Below, one piece after another: positions 18,855 to 29,446 of a stretch of 64,000 nt of DNA. Both the position numbers and the translations under genes were made by a program. The stretch comes from Candidatus Zambryskiibacteriota bacterium. GTDB taxonomy: Bacteria > Patescibacteriota > Minisyncoccia > Phycocordibacterales > WO2-35-19. Below the pieces are notes generated by a model. The model made no database searches and was not told the origin of the DNA. It saw nothing but the letters and a program-made list of their open reading frames with translations. The DNA is taken from NCBI GenBank assembly GCA_043799105.1, contig JAZDOB010000010.1, positions 10,516 to 74,515 of the forward strand, written 5' to 3'. Position 1 is the first letter of the stretch, and each line of letters begins with the position of its first letter.

Positions 18855-19937
18855 ATGAAAGTCTGCTATTTGATTCATGATATTAATCCTGTTAATGGCG
18901 GAGGTCGCTTGGTATTTGAATTGGTAAAAAATTTAGACAAAGATATTGTCACGGAAATTAAATTTTTAACTCAAATCAACAGCAGTAATAATGCCGAGGA
19001 AACAATTTTGCCCAACAGTATTGCTGGGCTAATTTTTTCTTTACCTAAAATACGTAATGCTTTGAAAAAATATGACATTATTCACGCCTTTGATGTTTTC
19101 CCTTACGGTATTATTACTGCGATAGCATTAATAGGTCTGAAGAAAAAATTTATTATTACCGTTGTTGGTAGCGGTTCCGTTAAACCTCTGCATAGTTTCT
19201 GGAGGCTGTGGTTTTCGGAATGGGCTCTTAAAAAAGCCGATAAAATAATTTCAATCAGTTCTTATACTGCCGAAGAAATTGAAAAAAAGGTTTCTGATGT
19301 AGAAATCGATATCATAAATCCGGGAGTAGATTATGATTATTTCAACAATCTTCCAAAAGATAATAGTTTTACTGATACCCGTCCCTATATTTTATCTGTT
19401 GGCGCAATTAAATCGCGTAAGGGGTATGAGATAAGTTTAAGAGTTTTTGCAGAAATAAACGCAAGTTTACCGCAATTAAAATATATAATTGTTGGCGCGG
19501 GTAGGGATAAATATTTTGAAAAACTGAAAAATTTAATAAAAGAACTGCATATTGAAGAAAAGGTGGTATTCAAAAAAGATATTTCTCGTGAGGAATTAGT
19601 TTCTTTATATAAGGGGGCAGAACTGTTTTTATTGTTGTCGCAGAATGATAATTACGATGTTGAAGGATTCGGTCTGGTTTTTCTTGAAGCGGCCGCCTGT
19701 GGGTTGCCTGTAATCGGCAGTACGAATTGCGGGGCTGAAGATGCTATCTGGAATGGAGGAAATGGATTTTTGGTAGATCCAAAAAATATAAGTAAAGCCA
19801 AAAAATATGCTCTAATAATTTTAAAAAACTTCGAGATGAAGTATAAATTTAAAGATAAATCTCTCGAGTTTGCCAGAAAAATGAGTTGGCAAAATGCGGC
19901 CCAAAAATATCTAAATATTTATAAAGAGCTATCATGA
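18855..19937 (+). CDS. Glycosyltransferase family 4
   Basis: SVGAIKSRKG, EGFGLVFLEAAACG. Confidence 0.9.
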   Translation: MKVCYLIHDINPVNGGGRLVFELVKNLDKDIVTEIKFLTQINSSNNAEETILPNSIAGLIFSLPKIRNALKKYDIIHAFDVFPYGIITAIALIGLKKKFIITVVGSGSVKPLHSFWRLWFSEWALKKADKIISISSYTAEEIEKKVSDVEIDIINPGVDYDYFNNLPKDNSFTDTRPYILSVGAIKSRKGYEISLRVFAEINASLPQLKYIIVGAGRDKYFEKLKNLIKELHIEEKVVFKKDISREELVSLYKGAELFLLLSQNDNYDVEGFGLVFLEAAACGLPVIGSTNCGAEDAIWNGGNGFLVDPKNISKAKKYALIILKNFEMKYKFKDKSLEFARKMSWQNAAQKYLNIYKELS

Positions 19938-21472
19938 GAGTCCTTTTAATAAGACCGTATTTTGAAATGCTTAGACATGAATTGGTCTTTTTACCTTTTG
20001 AGCCGTTGGGTTTGGAATATCTAAAAAGTGCTCTACTCACAGAAAACCATAGAGTTGAGATATATGACTGCTTAACTGAACACCCCCAAAATATCAGGCA
20101 TTTAAAAGAAAAGAATCTTTTTAGATGTGGAAGCGAGGAAAAAGACATTGTAAAAAAAATCAAAGACTTTGAGCCGGATGTTGTCGGTATTTCCGGGATG
20201 TTCTATTCCCAAGCAAGTTCTTTTTACCGGATTGCGGATTTAGTAAAAAAAATAAACCCGCGCATCTTTGTCGTCGGAGGAGGGGCTTTCCCATCTGCTT
20301 ATAAGGAAAAAACATTGATGGAAAATAAAAATATAGATACTATTGTTATCGGCGAAGGAGAAGAAACAATGGTGGAATTGCTTAAAAAAATAAATAATCC
20401 GAGAGAGATTAAGGGAATTTGTTTTATAGACCCAAAGTCCAGAGAGATTGTCTGCAATGAACCGAGGATCATAAATATGAGCATAGACAAAATCATTTTT
20501 CCTTATAGAAATTTTTCAAAAATTTATGATTATTCAAAACCGATAGGCTATAATTATTCCGATAAATTTAATTTATCAAAACTCGTCAAAAGTTTTATTT
20601 TATATTCCGCTTTGTCCGTTCCGGTTCTTCGTTTTTGTTTCTCTAAAATATTTAACCTTAGGCATAAAAATAAAATCAAATCGCTTTTAATGCCTCACGG
20701 TTTTATCATTACTAGTCGCAGTTGTCCAAACCGTTGCGGTTTTTGCGCTATCCATAAAGTTTGGGGGAGTGTTTATCGGATGCGTTCCGCACAGAATGTT
20801 TTGGATGAGATAGGTCTGCTGGTAGAACACGGCATCAAAGAGATAGTTGTTGTGGACGACAATTTCACTGTCTCCAAAAAGAGAACCATAGAAATATGCA
20901 AAGAAATAGTTAGACGCAAATATAATATCCGCCTCCTGACTCCCAGCGGTATTTTCATTCCGTCTCTCGATAGGGAAGTTCTGGAACATTTATATGAAGC
21001 TGGTTTAAAAGAGCTCAAATTTGGCATTGAAAACGGTGACCAGGAATTTTTGAATAAAGTTATAAGAAAAAATGTGAATCTGGAACAGGCAAAAAAGATT
21101 ATCAAAGAGGCAAAGGAAATAGGGTTTTATACTCAGGCCTTTTTAATATTTGGTTATCCCGGCGAAACCAAAGACACGATGCTTAAAACCCTAAGATTTG
21201 CTTTTGAGTCTGGTGTTGATTCGGCAAGGTTTTATATTTTTCAGCCATTTCCTGGTACTCAAGCTTTTGAGGCGACCATAAAGATGGGAAATCATAATAC
21301 AAATTTTGACCTGGGCAGATTGAAAGCTATGACCGATGTTCCCCAGGTCGAGACAAAAGATTTTACCAAGAATGATGTCAAAAAAATATACGATCTGGCC
21401 TATCGCACCTTGGAAAAAGGGAACTATAATGATATAAAGGATAGATTGAAAGAAATATTAAAATGGCAATAA
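19934..21472 (+). CDS. Cobalamin-binding radical SAM enzyme
   Basis: PLGLEYL, PDVVGIS, GGAFPS, GEGE; SRSCPNRCGFC. Confidence 0.9.
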   Translation: MRVLLIRPYFEMLRHELVFLPFEPLGLEYLKSALLTENHRVEIYDCLTEHPQNIRHLKEKNLFRCGSEEKDIVKKIKDFEPDVVGISGMFYSQASSFYRIADLVKKINPRIFVVGGGAFPSAYKEKTLMENKNIDTIVIGEGEETMVELLKKINNPREIKGICFIDPKSREIVCNEPRIINMSIDKIIFPYRNFSKIYDYSKPIGYNYSDKFNLSKLVKSFILYSALSVPVLRFCFSKIFNLRHKNKIKSLLMPHGFIITSRSCPNRCGFCAIHKVWGSVYRMRSAQNVLDEIGLLVEHGIKEIVVVDDNFTVSKKRTIEICKEIVRRKYNIRLLTPSGIFIPSLDREVLEHLYEAGLKELKFGIENGDQEFLNKVIRKNVNLEQAKKIIKEAKEIGFYTQAFLIFGYPGETKDTMLKTLRFAFESGVDSARFYIFQPFPGTQAFEATIKMGNHNTNFDLGRLKAMTDVPQVETKDFTKNDVKKIYDLAYRTLEKGNYNDIKDRLKEILKWQ

Positions 21473-21473
21473 A

Positions 21474-22106
21474 ATGACCTTTTTTTCTGATTTAAAATAT
21501 AAGGTTAAAGACGAAGAAGACCTCTGGTTTGAGGAGCTTTATTTCAACCGCTGGTTCGAGGACGTTAAGGGCCCGATTTTGGACATTGGTTGCGCTACCG
21601 GTAATTTTATGATGGTGAAACCGGAAATTTTTGAGGGAATTGAGATCGAAGATGACAGCTACAAAGTTGCCAAAAGCCGGGGATTGAAGGTGTTCAAACT
21701 TGATGTAGAAAAAGATTTGGGCGGTTTGGCCAGTGCTAAATATGAGGCAGTTTACGCCAAACAAGTGATTGAACATTTGAAAAATCCATTGATTTTTTTA
21801 AAGGAGATCAAGAGGATTTTGAAGCCGGGAGGAAAGGCGATAGTGCTGACACCCAATTGCCCATTCATGCTTAAATTTTTTTGGGATGATTATACACATC
21901 AACGTCCATTTACTAGAAAAAGTTTAAAAATGCTTGCTTATAATGCCGGTTTTAAGAAGATAAAGATTTATGAAGACTTCAGATGTTTCCCGGGGATTGG
22001 GAAAGTTATGCGGATTTTCCATCTTAAACCAAATACAGTTAGGTTCTTTCAGACAATTTTAGGTATTCGCGGTTATGCACTGATTTTGGAAGTTATCAAT
22101 AATTAA
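21474..22106 (+). CDS. Class I SAM-dependent methyltransferase
   Basis: ILDIGCATG, VIEHL, LKPGG, TPN. Confidence 0.9.
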   Translation: MTFFSDLKYKVKDEEDLWFEELYFNRWFEDVKGPILDIGCATGNFMMVKPEIFEGIEIEDDSYKVAKSRGLKVFKLDVEKDLGGLASAKYEAVYAKQVIEHLKNPLIFLKEIKRILKPGGKAIVLTPNCPFMLKFFWDDYTHQRPFTRKSLKMLAYNAGFKKIKIYEDFRCFPGIGKVMRIFHLKPNTVRFFQTILGIRGYALILEVINN

Positions 22107-22116
22107 AAAATTGTAA

Positions 22117-23154
22117 ATGAATAAAAATAATCAAAAAAGAGCTTTAATTACAGGTATTACCGGCCAGGACGGTTCTTATCTGGCTGAACTTTTGGTATCG
22201 AAGGGTTATAAAGTCTTTGGTTTAGTGCGTCGCACCAGTACCGACCCGTTGATGCGTATTGAAAAGTTGTATAGTGCGAAAAAAATAGATTTATTGAACG
22301 GCAATCTCCGAGATTCGGCTTCACTCGCTCGAGTTCTCCGAGAAGCCAATCCGGATGAAGTTTATAATTTGGCGGCCCAATCGGATGTCGGTATATCTTT
22401 CTCTTGTCCAGAAGAAACGTTTGAAGTCGACTATCATGGTCTCGGTCGTTTGGTGCTTGAAATAATGGCATTCAATCCAAAAATAAAGGTTTATCAAGCG
22501 TCTACAAGTGAAATGTTCGGCGCAACCAAACCTCCCCAAAATGAGAATTCTCCATTCAAACCTGTTAGTCCTTATGGTAAGGCCAAACTAAGAGCTCACG
22601 AAGATTATGTGGTTGGGTACAGAGAAAAACACAATCTTTTCATCTGTTCCGGTTTTTTGTTTAATCATGAATCACCAAGGCGAGGCAAGCATTTTGTTAC
22701 CAGGAAGATAGCTATGTCTATGGTCAAAATAAAACTCGGACTGCAAGATTATTTCGAATTGGGCAATTTAGATAGCAAGCGAGACTGGGGTTATGCAGGA
22801 GATTATGTCGAGGTTATGTGGCAAATGCTTCAACAAAAAGAACCACAGGACTTTGTAATTTCTACAGGCAAAAGCCATACAGTAAGGGATTTTGTGAACG
22901 AAGTTGCCAAAGCTCTTGAAATGGATATCAAATGGCAAGGCAAAGGTTTGAAAGAGGTGGCCGTTGATGAAAAGGGGAAAGTTATTTTGCGCATCAATGA
23001 AAAATATTTTCGCAAAACAGAAGTTGATTATCTTCTGGGTGATAGCAGTAAAGCAAAGAAAATCCTTGGTTTTGAGCCAAAATGCGATTTTAAAAATCTT
23101 GTAAAGATGATGGTGGAAGCGGATATGGAAAATATCAAAACTAATAAAAGATGA
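22117..23154 (+). CDS. gmd: GDP-mannose 4,6-dehydratase
   Basis: ALITGITGQDGSYLA, YNLAAQS, YQASTSEMFG, FNHESPRRG, FVTRKI, LGNLDSKRDWG. Confidence 0.95.
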   Translation: MNKNNQKRALITGITGQDGSYLAELLVSKGYKVFGLVRRTSTDPLMRIEKLYSAKKIDLLNGNLRDSASLARVLREANPDEVYNLAAQSDVGISFSCPEETFEVDYHGLGRLVLEIMAFNPKIKVYQASTSEMFGATKPPQNENSPFKPVSPYGKAKLRAHEDYVVGYREKHNLFICSGFLFNHESPRRGKHFVTRKIAMSMVKIKLGLQDYFELGNLDSKRDWGYAGDYVEVMWQMLQQKEPQDFVISTGKSHTVRDFVNEVAKALEMDIKWQGKGLKEVAVDEKGKVILRINEKYFRKTEVDYLLGDSSKAKKILGFEPKCDFKNLVKMMVEADMENIKTNKR

Positions 23155-24014
23155 AAAATTTTATAAATAAAATAAGCAACCTTATATCGGAAAAAATAGG
23201 AATTGCAGAGATAAAAAGGATGATCGCCATGGACAGGAGATTATCGATCGCTAAATATTTGAATGATTATTTGTACCAAAATCCAAAATATATAAATTCA
23301 AACCGTATTAATAGATATGAATTTAGCATCCATTCTCAGGGGGGCGATGATGGTATCATAATAGAAATTTTTAAAAGAATAGGTGTTACAAATAAAAATT
23401 TCGTGGAATTTGGTGTAGGAAACGGTTTACAAAACAACACGGTATCTTTGCTGTTGGATGGTTGGTCTGGTTTATGGTTTGAGGGAGATTTAAAAAATTT
23501 CAAAGAAGTTGGTAAAAATCTAGAACTTTTAATAAATCAGAAGAAATTAAGCCTAATCTCCGCGCTTATTACAGCAGACAACGTGGAGAGCTTATTTAAA
23601 GAAAATAATGTTAAGAATGATGTTGATTTGTTGTCTGTTGATATAGACGGAAATGATTATTGGGTTTGGAAGGCCATAAAGAATTTTAAACCTAGAGTTG
23701 TAGTTTTGGAATATAATGCTGGGTATGGTCCGGATTTGGCGGTTGTTCAAAAATACGACAAAGACTATTTTTGGAAGAGGACACATTTTTATGGTTCAAG
23801 TTTAAACGCTCTTAATAAGCTTGCTAAAGAAAAGGGGTACTCTTTAGTCGCCTGTTGTTTTTCTGGTAATAATGCGTATTTTGTCAGAAATGATCTTATT
23901 CAAGATAAGTTTGATAAAAACCTGACAGTCAAAGATATATTTGAGGAGTTTAAACCTTTTCTTTTTCAAAATAGGAAATATTCGGACAAAATAATTGACA
24001 CGGTTCAAGTATAG
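23151..24014 (+). CDS. Putative (FkbM-related) methyltransferase of polysaccharide loci
   Basis: SQGGDDGII, FVEFGVG, DLLSVDIDGNDYWVW, PRVVVLEYN. Confidence 0.7.
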   Translation: MKNFINKISNLISEKIGIAEIKRMIAMDRRLSIAKYLNDYLYQNPKYINSNRINRYEFSIHSQGGDDGIIIEIFKRIGVTNKNFVEFGVGNGLQNNTVSLLLDGWSGLWFEGDLKNFKEVGKNLELLINQKKLSLISALITADNVESLFKENNVKNDVDLLSVDIDGNDYWVWKAIKNFKPRVVVLEYNAGYGPDLAVVQKYDKDYFWKRTHFYGSSLNALNKLAKEKGYSLVACCFSGNNAYFVRNDLIQDKFDKNLTVKDIFEEFKPFLFQNRKYSDKIIDTVQV

Positions 24015-24016
24015 AT

Positions 24017-25162
24017 ATGAATATAAAATACGTAACAGACGTCAGAATACCGACGCCAAGGGCTCAGGGTTATGCCATCATGAAAATGTGCTCGGAGTTT
24101 ACCAGAGCCGGAGCAGAGGTAGAACTTTTTGTGCCAGAAAGGGGTAATAATCAAAATAAGCAGGACCCCTTTGATTTTTATGGGATAGAAAAAAATTTCT
24201 ATATAAAAAGAATTCCAAGTTTTGATTTTTTAGGCAAAACTCCGAGATCTAGCAAAATTCTTTATTGGTTGGATGTTTTGTCGTTCGTTGCAGTGTCAAA
24301 ATTTTTGGTGAATTTAAAAACAGAAGACATACTTTATACTCGCGACTTTATAATACCTTTGTTTTTCTCCAAAAGATTTTTTATGGTTCTTGAACTCCAT
24401 AGTATTCCTAGGTCAAAATTTCTTTTTAATCTGAGCCTAAAAAAGACCAAACTTTTTGTAGTGTTGAACAGTAGTCTAAAAAATATTTTGGTGGATATGG
24501 GAATTTCCGATAAAAAAATATTAATCTCGCCGAGCGGAGTAGATTTGAATCATTTTGGAAACTTTACCGATGATTTTAAAATAAAAGGCATATCAGAAAA
24601 CGATTTTGTATATGGATATATAGGCATGCTGAAAACTATGGGCATGGAAAAAGGAGTAGCCAGTGGCCTTCAAGCTCTCAAGGAACTTCCATCTGAGTAT
24701 AAATTTTTAGTGGTAGGTGGTGAAAAACCCGATGTTGAATATTACAGGAATTTGTCCAATAAACTGGGCGTATCCGATAGGGCAATTTTTGTAGGCCGAG
24801 TACCTTATTCTGATGTTTCAAAATACGCTTCAAAGTGTAATGCATTTGTCGCCCCTTTTCCCGAGAATGAGCATTACAGCCTTTTTATGTCTCCACTTAA
24901 AATTTTTGAATATATGGCCAGTAAAAAGCCTATCATTGCGACAGATCTGCCTTCTTTGAGAGAAGTATTAACAGATGGAAGGAACTCCTTGTTAGTGCCT
25001 CCCGGTGATGCGCGAGCTTTGGCTTATGCCATTGTTAAACTCAAGGAGAATCCTGATATTGGTAATAAAATGGCGGATAAAGCCTACCTAGATGTTTCAG
25101 AAAAATATACATGGAAAATCAGGGCGGAAAAAATCATTTCATTTATAAAACTTAATTCATGA
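24017..25162 (+). CDS. Glycosyltransferase family 4
   Basis: SPLKIFEYMA, PIIATD. Confidence 0.9.
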   Translation: MNIKYVTDVRIPTPRAQGYAIMKMCSEFTRAGAEVELFVPERGNNQNKQDPFDFYGIEKNFYIKRIPSFDFLGKTPRSSKILYWLDVLSFVAVSKFLVNLKTEDILYTRDFIIPLFFSKRFFMVLELHSIPRSKFLFNLSLKKTKLFVVLNSSLKNILVDMGISDKKILISPSGVDLNHFGNFTDDFKIKGISENDFVYGYIGMLKTMGMEKGVASGLQALKELPSEYKFLVVGGEKPDVEYYRNLSNKLGVSDRAIFVGRVPYSDVSKYASKCNAFVAPFPENEHYSLFMSPLKIFEYMASKKPIIATDLPSLREVLTDGRNSLLVPPGDARALAYAIVKLKENPDIGNKMADKAYLDVSEKYTWKIRAEKIISFIKLNS

Positions 25163-25862
25163 GTGAATAGAATCGGTCAGAAACTTTTTGCAAGTTTTCA
25201 AAATCAAACTCTTGTTTTTGATTGGTGGTTTTTTTATTTTTACATATCAAAAGGGCGTGACGGTTTAGAGAGCGGAACGAACAGGTTAGATATTCAAAAC
25301 GGCTTAAAAACCATGAAAAAATTCTAAATGGCAAAAGGCCGGCTATCGGATGAGAACCGAGGTTATCATGGCCGTTCCGCTCAAAAAAGCGCTCATACAG
25401 ACAACTTATAATGTTTCTATAATATATTTTTTTGACAGAGTTAAAATTGTTAGAAAACAATTTTAACTCCTCATTAAAATCGGCAGATAGAGATAATTCA
25501 CAAATAAAATTACCCTCTGGTGCTGTAATTCGCGAAAGCCCGGCAATTGCTCGAAGTCTCCTTTGAGACGGCAAGTAATTGAGAGTATTTGTTGAGACGA
25601 CGATGTCTATGCTATTTCCTGTAACAGTGTCAAGGTTTGCCACATCGGCGTGTAGACCTATAGTTTTGGAATCAGGATACTTTTTAAGACCGATTTTAAG
25701 TGATGCTCTGTCGATATCAAGTCCGATATACATATCAGTTTTAAACATATGCCGGTTTTTCATTCCGGCGGAAGCGGCATCCAAACCGATTTTGCCTTTT
25801 ATTTTAGAAAGTTCTTTTTGCAAAACCGGAAAGATAAAATTTTTTGAAGGTCTTATGTACAT
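25152..25862 (-). CDS. Class I SAM-dependent methyltransferase
   Basis: GLDAASAG, YIGLDID, DIVVST. Confidence 0.7.
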   Translation of the reverse strand: MYIRPSKNFIFPVLQKELSKIKGKIGLDAASAGMKNRHMFKTDMYIGLDIDRASLKIGLKKYPDSKTIGLHADVANLDTVTGNSIDIVVSTNTLNYLPSQRRLRAIAGLSRITAPEGNFICELSLSADFNEELKLFSNNFNSVKKIYYRNIISCLYERFFERNGHDNLGSHPIAGLLPFRIFSWFLSRFEYLTCSFRSLNRHALLICKNKKTTNQKQEFDFENLQKVSDRFYSLMN

Positions 25863-27103
25863 TTGTTTTTGATAATTTTATCGTAAAACTCCAACCATTG
25901 TTTTTTTATTTTATCAGATTTTAATTTTTTTAAGGTTGTCTGCCCACCGCTGACCAGTTTTTCTCTTAATTTTTTGTCTCCGGCTAATTTTATAATTGCC
26001 TGCGCTAGTTTTTCCGGATTTTTAGGCGACACTAGCAGACCGTCATAGTCGTCGGTTATGGTTTCCGTTAAGGCTGGCACGGCCGATGCCACCAGCGGTT
26101 TGTTGGCGGCAAAGGCTTCAACCGCGACTAGGCCGAATCCTTCATAGCGGGAAGGAATAGCGACAATTGAACTCAAATCATATATTTTTTTTAACAGTTG
26201 CTCGCTAATCTGGCCGAAAAAAATCACCCGTTCTTCAATTCCCAGCTTTTTAATAAGGTCAACTAAGTTTGGAGGCAGTTCTTTACACGTAGGAGTGACC
26301 AGCACGAATGAAGGCACGATATTTTTATCGACAAATCTGATCGCCTCGAGGTAAATATCCCAACCCTTTCGTAGTTTCAGCTGACCGACAAATAAAACTA
26401 ACGGCGAATTTAAGTTTTCGATTTTTTTTAAATTCATCAATTGACGGTCATCTTCCGGATTAAGCTCCCGGTTTATTTGCCAGCGGTCGTCGTCGAAAAA
26501 GTATGGCAAGTAGCGGCAATTTTTTAAACCCAACTCGGTGACTAAATCAAAATTGTGTTTTGAGACAAAGATTACTTGATCCGCGTGAGTCAGCGACCAG
26601 TGATAAAAATAATTTTTAAAGCTGGAAATTGGCGGGGCGCCATGTTTGGAGAAGATTTCATTGAATAGCTGTTTTAAATCAATAATTATGCCGTTTGGTT
26701 TTAGCGGTTTACCCAGGGGGTCATCGCGATCGTCAACCAGATAATGGTCGTGCAATAAACCATATTCGGTAAAAATCAGCGATATGGCTAAAAATTTAGA
26801 TAATATTCCACTCAAAGCACCCAGGCGATTATTTCTTAAATGGTATACATGGATTACGTCTGGCCGGCTTAAAAATAATATTTGTAATAAAAGAAAAATA
26901 CCTTGGCCTAAACTTTTATAACGTTTTATTATTATGCCCTTATAGCTATCCAGTTCAATAGTTTTTTCTTGCTGGCGGGTCAAGGCGGTTACTTGCCAGT
27001 CATTTTTTTCTAAAAGTCGAGCCGAAATAAATTCCATAAAATTAGCCAGGCGGTCGTTAAAACCGTAGGGTGTGACAATTAAAATTTTTTTCTTATTTAT
27101 CAT
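25853..27103 (-). CDS. Glycosyltransferase family 4
   Basis: LFVGQLKLRKG, PSRYEGFGLVAVEAFA. Confidence 0.9.
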   Translation of the reverse strand: MINKKKILIVTPYGFNDRLANFMEFISARLLEKNDWQVTALTRQQEKTIELDSYKGIIIKRYKSLGQGIFLLLQILFLSRPDVIHVYHLRNNRLGALSGILSKFLAISLIFTEYGLLHDHYLVDDRDDPLGKPLKPNGIIIDLKQLFNEIFSKHGAPPISSFKNYFYHWSLTHADQVIFVSKHNFDLVTELGLKNCRYLPYFFDDDRWQINRELNPEDDRQLMNLKKIENLNSPLVLFVGQLKLRKGWDIYLEAIRFVDKNIVPSFVLVTPTCKELPPNLVDLIKKLGIEERVIFFGQISEQLLKKIYDLSSIVAIPSRYEGFGLVAVEAFAANKPLVASAVPALTETITDDYDGLLVSPKNPEKLAQAIIKLAGDKKLREKLVSGGQTTLKKLKSDKIKKQWLEFYDKIIKNKCT

Positions 27104-27939
27104 TATTTTTTTAATAATAAATTAGCGTACCCGGTTTGGTACCAGTCTAAGTCCCCAATGTTTTCAAGAGATAATATTCCTGTTTTGGCGTGAGGAAGAA
27201 TTTGCAAAATGCTAAATCTGTAATTTTTAATTTTTTGCAGAAATTCAAGAGGGTTTATGTTGGCCGACTTTAAAGCTTGGGGAGAAAATTCCATAACTAA
27301 CAATAGGCCGGTAGCTTGGGAAAATAGTTTTTCCATGCCCATAAAGGCCAGTGGCTCGCCACCTTCAATGTCAATTTTAATGGCATTGATCTTTAAATTT
27401 TTTTGGCTGATATAATCATCAAGGTTGACAGCCGGCACGGTTATTTCTTCGGCGTTGTCCGTTGGAATAACGCTATGACAGCCAGTGCTGCCTTTTATTT
27501 TATAAAATTTAATAAAGCCGCTTAGTTTCGAAACGGCTTGCGGCACCAAGATAACATTTTTGTAGCGGGAGGTATTTTTTTGCAAGAGTTCGAAATTATC
27601 AGGATCGGCTTCAAAGGCGTAAACTCGGCCTTTTGGACCGACGAGTTTGGCAAAAAGGGAAGTATAGTAGCCGATGTGGGCGCCGATATCCACCACTGTC
27701 ATCCCTGGCTGGATGATCTTTTTAAAGAGTGCCGTTGTGTCTTTTTCATACCAACCTGCCAACATTTCCAGTTTCCAATCCCAGGAAAATTTTTTCGGGA
27801 AATAAAATTGGCGTGCCCCGGCCCATGAATTTATTAGTAGATCCAACGTTTGATGTAGAATTTTGTTTAAAACTTTCGATTGAAAAAACTGCTTATAAAT
27901 TTTCTTTGTTTTTGGAAAGATTTCAATAGTTCGTCCCAT
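27103..27939 (-). CDS. FkbM family methyltransferase
   Basis: VDIGAHIGYYT, VYAFEA, IKIDIEGGE. Confidence 0.9.
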   Translation of the reverse strand: MGRTIEIFPKTKKIYKQFFQSKVLNKILHQTLDLLINSWAGARQFYFPKKFSWDWKLEMLAGWYEKDTTALFKKIIQPGMTVVDIGAHIGYYTSLFAKLVGPKGRVYAFEADPDNFELLQKNTSRYKNVILVPQAVSKLSGFIKFYKIKGSTGCHSVIPTDNAEEITVPAVNLDDYISQKNLKINAIKIDIEGGEPLAFMGMEKLFSQATGLLLVMEFSPQALKSANINPLEFLQKIKNYRFSILQILPHAKTGILSLENIGDLDWYQTGYANLLLKK

Positions 27940-27942
27940 AAA

Positions 27943-29445
27943 TTATATTTTTGATATTTCTTTTTTATAAGCTTGCCACAAAGCCGCTATCTCTTCCGGA
28001 GTGCCGCCTCTTTCCCAGATTTTGCTATAATTCACGTCAAACCCGGTATCATATACTGCTGAAACGTAATTTTCCAAACGACGCTCATATTCTTTGCCGG
28101 ACAAATCTTTTTTAAGAACCTCTTTTATTTTTGCAGTCAGAGTGGTCATATCTGTATGTTTAAATATGTTCGGTAATTTAAGTGTTATACCCAGGTTACT
28201 GAGTTGAATCGCGGGTTTATTTAAAAAAGCCGCTTCAGCCAAAGTGGTGCTACTCAAACTAATCACCAAATCACATCTTTTTAAAACTTCTTCGGTAGAT
28301 ATTTTATAATCAATCAATTTAACGTTGACGGTTCTGGCAAGTTTTTCAATATAAGAAGGCGACTGGTATCCAAGCATTGTCGGGTGTTCTTTTACCACGA
28401 GAGTATAATCATCCGGTAGAGACATGGCAATCTGCCGTGCCGTTTCCATCTGGTTGGTAAAATATGGAGCGGAGACATCAGTGCTGGCTTCCGGCTGAAC
28501 CTGGAGAGGAAAATAAACAAATTTCCTGATTTTATTAAGGGGGTAGTATTCAAAATTATTCATAAATTTTGTATATCTGTCTTTGCAATAATGGTCCCTT
28601 AAAATAATTCTCGGTGGGCGAAAGTCAATGGTAATACCGGTGCTTTTAAGTTCATTGATTGGTCGTTTAATATACCACCGGAGAATATGATAATAAGGTG
28701 ACCCAAAATGTCTTATTTTCTGGAGTAAGGTTTTTGGGGGCTCCTTTTTTATAAATGTCGGATATTTAAAATTCTTTCTGAATTCTGCTATATATTTCTT
28801 TGCCCTTTCTTGATTCTGACTTTTTTCATTTCCCGCATTGAGCAAATCTACTCTGTTCCAAAAAACTCCTGAATCTTCTAAATAATCATGAGAAAAAAGA
28901 GACATCCCGCTTATTTTGGAATCAGCCGTCCCAAGCATTGTTACACCTTTTTTCTTTGCGTACAGATTGAACATAATATGGGGGAAGCCGACAAACACCG
29001 GCGAAATAATTAAGTCCGGAGAGAATTGTTCAAAAATAAACTTTATGCACTTATAAACCGCCATTACATAATCAATAATCCCCCCATCAGAAACATTTTG
29101 CTTGGAACCATAATAAAACTTGTCCTTGTAAGAACGGACATGATTGCGGAGAGACATTACTATCGGCCAGATGGATTCAACACCGAGTGCCTCTTCAATT
29201 TCAGCTAATGTGTAGCTGTCTTCACCTAGGTATTCTTTTGGCCGACTTTCAATCTCGTCATTACTTATAGTGAGGTCGTAGGTTACTTCTTTTTGATTTA
29301 CAATAAATTCATGAGTAGTTCTTTTTAATGTGAAAGCAGCCAATTTGCATCCTTCACTTTGAAGTTTTTTTGCTAAAAAATGACCGATATTAATAGCCCA
29401 GCCTCTTTGTTGAAATATTAAAACTTTCTTACCTTTCATTTCCAT
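27943..29445 (-). CDS. KpsS-like (Capsule_synth) glycosyltransferase, candidate nonulosonate transferase
   Basis: YFPLQVQPEAS, LVVKEHP, VISLSST...EA. Confidence 0.75.
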   Translation of the reverse strand: MEMKGKKVLIFQQRGWAINIGHFLAKKLQSEGCKLAAFTLKRTTHEFIVNQKEVTYDLTISNDEIESRPKEYLGEDSYTLAEIEEALGVESIWPIVMSLRNHVRSYKDKFYYGSKQNVSDGGIIDYVMAVYKCIKFIFEQFSPDLIISPVFVGFPHIMFNLYAKKKGVTMLGTADSKISGMSLFSHDYLEDSGVFWNRVDLLNAGNEKSQNQERAKKYIAEFRKNFKYPTFIKKEPPKTLLQKIRHFGSPYYHILRWYIKRPINELKSTGITIDFRPPRIILRDHYCKDRYTKFMNNFEYYPLNKIRKFVYFPLQVQPEASTDVSAPYFTNQMETARQIAMSLPDDYTLVVKEHPTMLGYQSPSYIEKLARTVNVKLIDYKISTEEVLKRCDLVISLSSTTLAEAAFLNKPAIQLSNLGITLKLPNIFKHTDMTTLTAKIKEVLKKDLSGKEYERRLENYVSAVYDTGFDVNYSKIWERGGTPEEIAALWQAYKKEISKI

Positions 29446-29446
29446 T

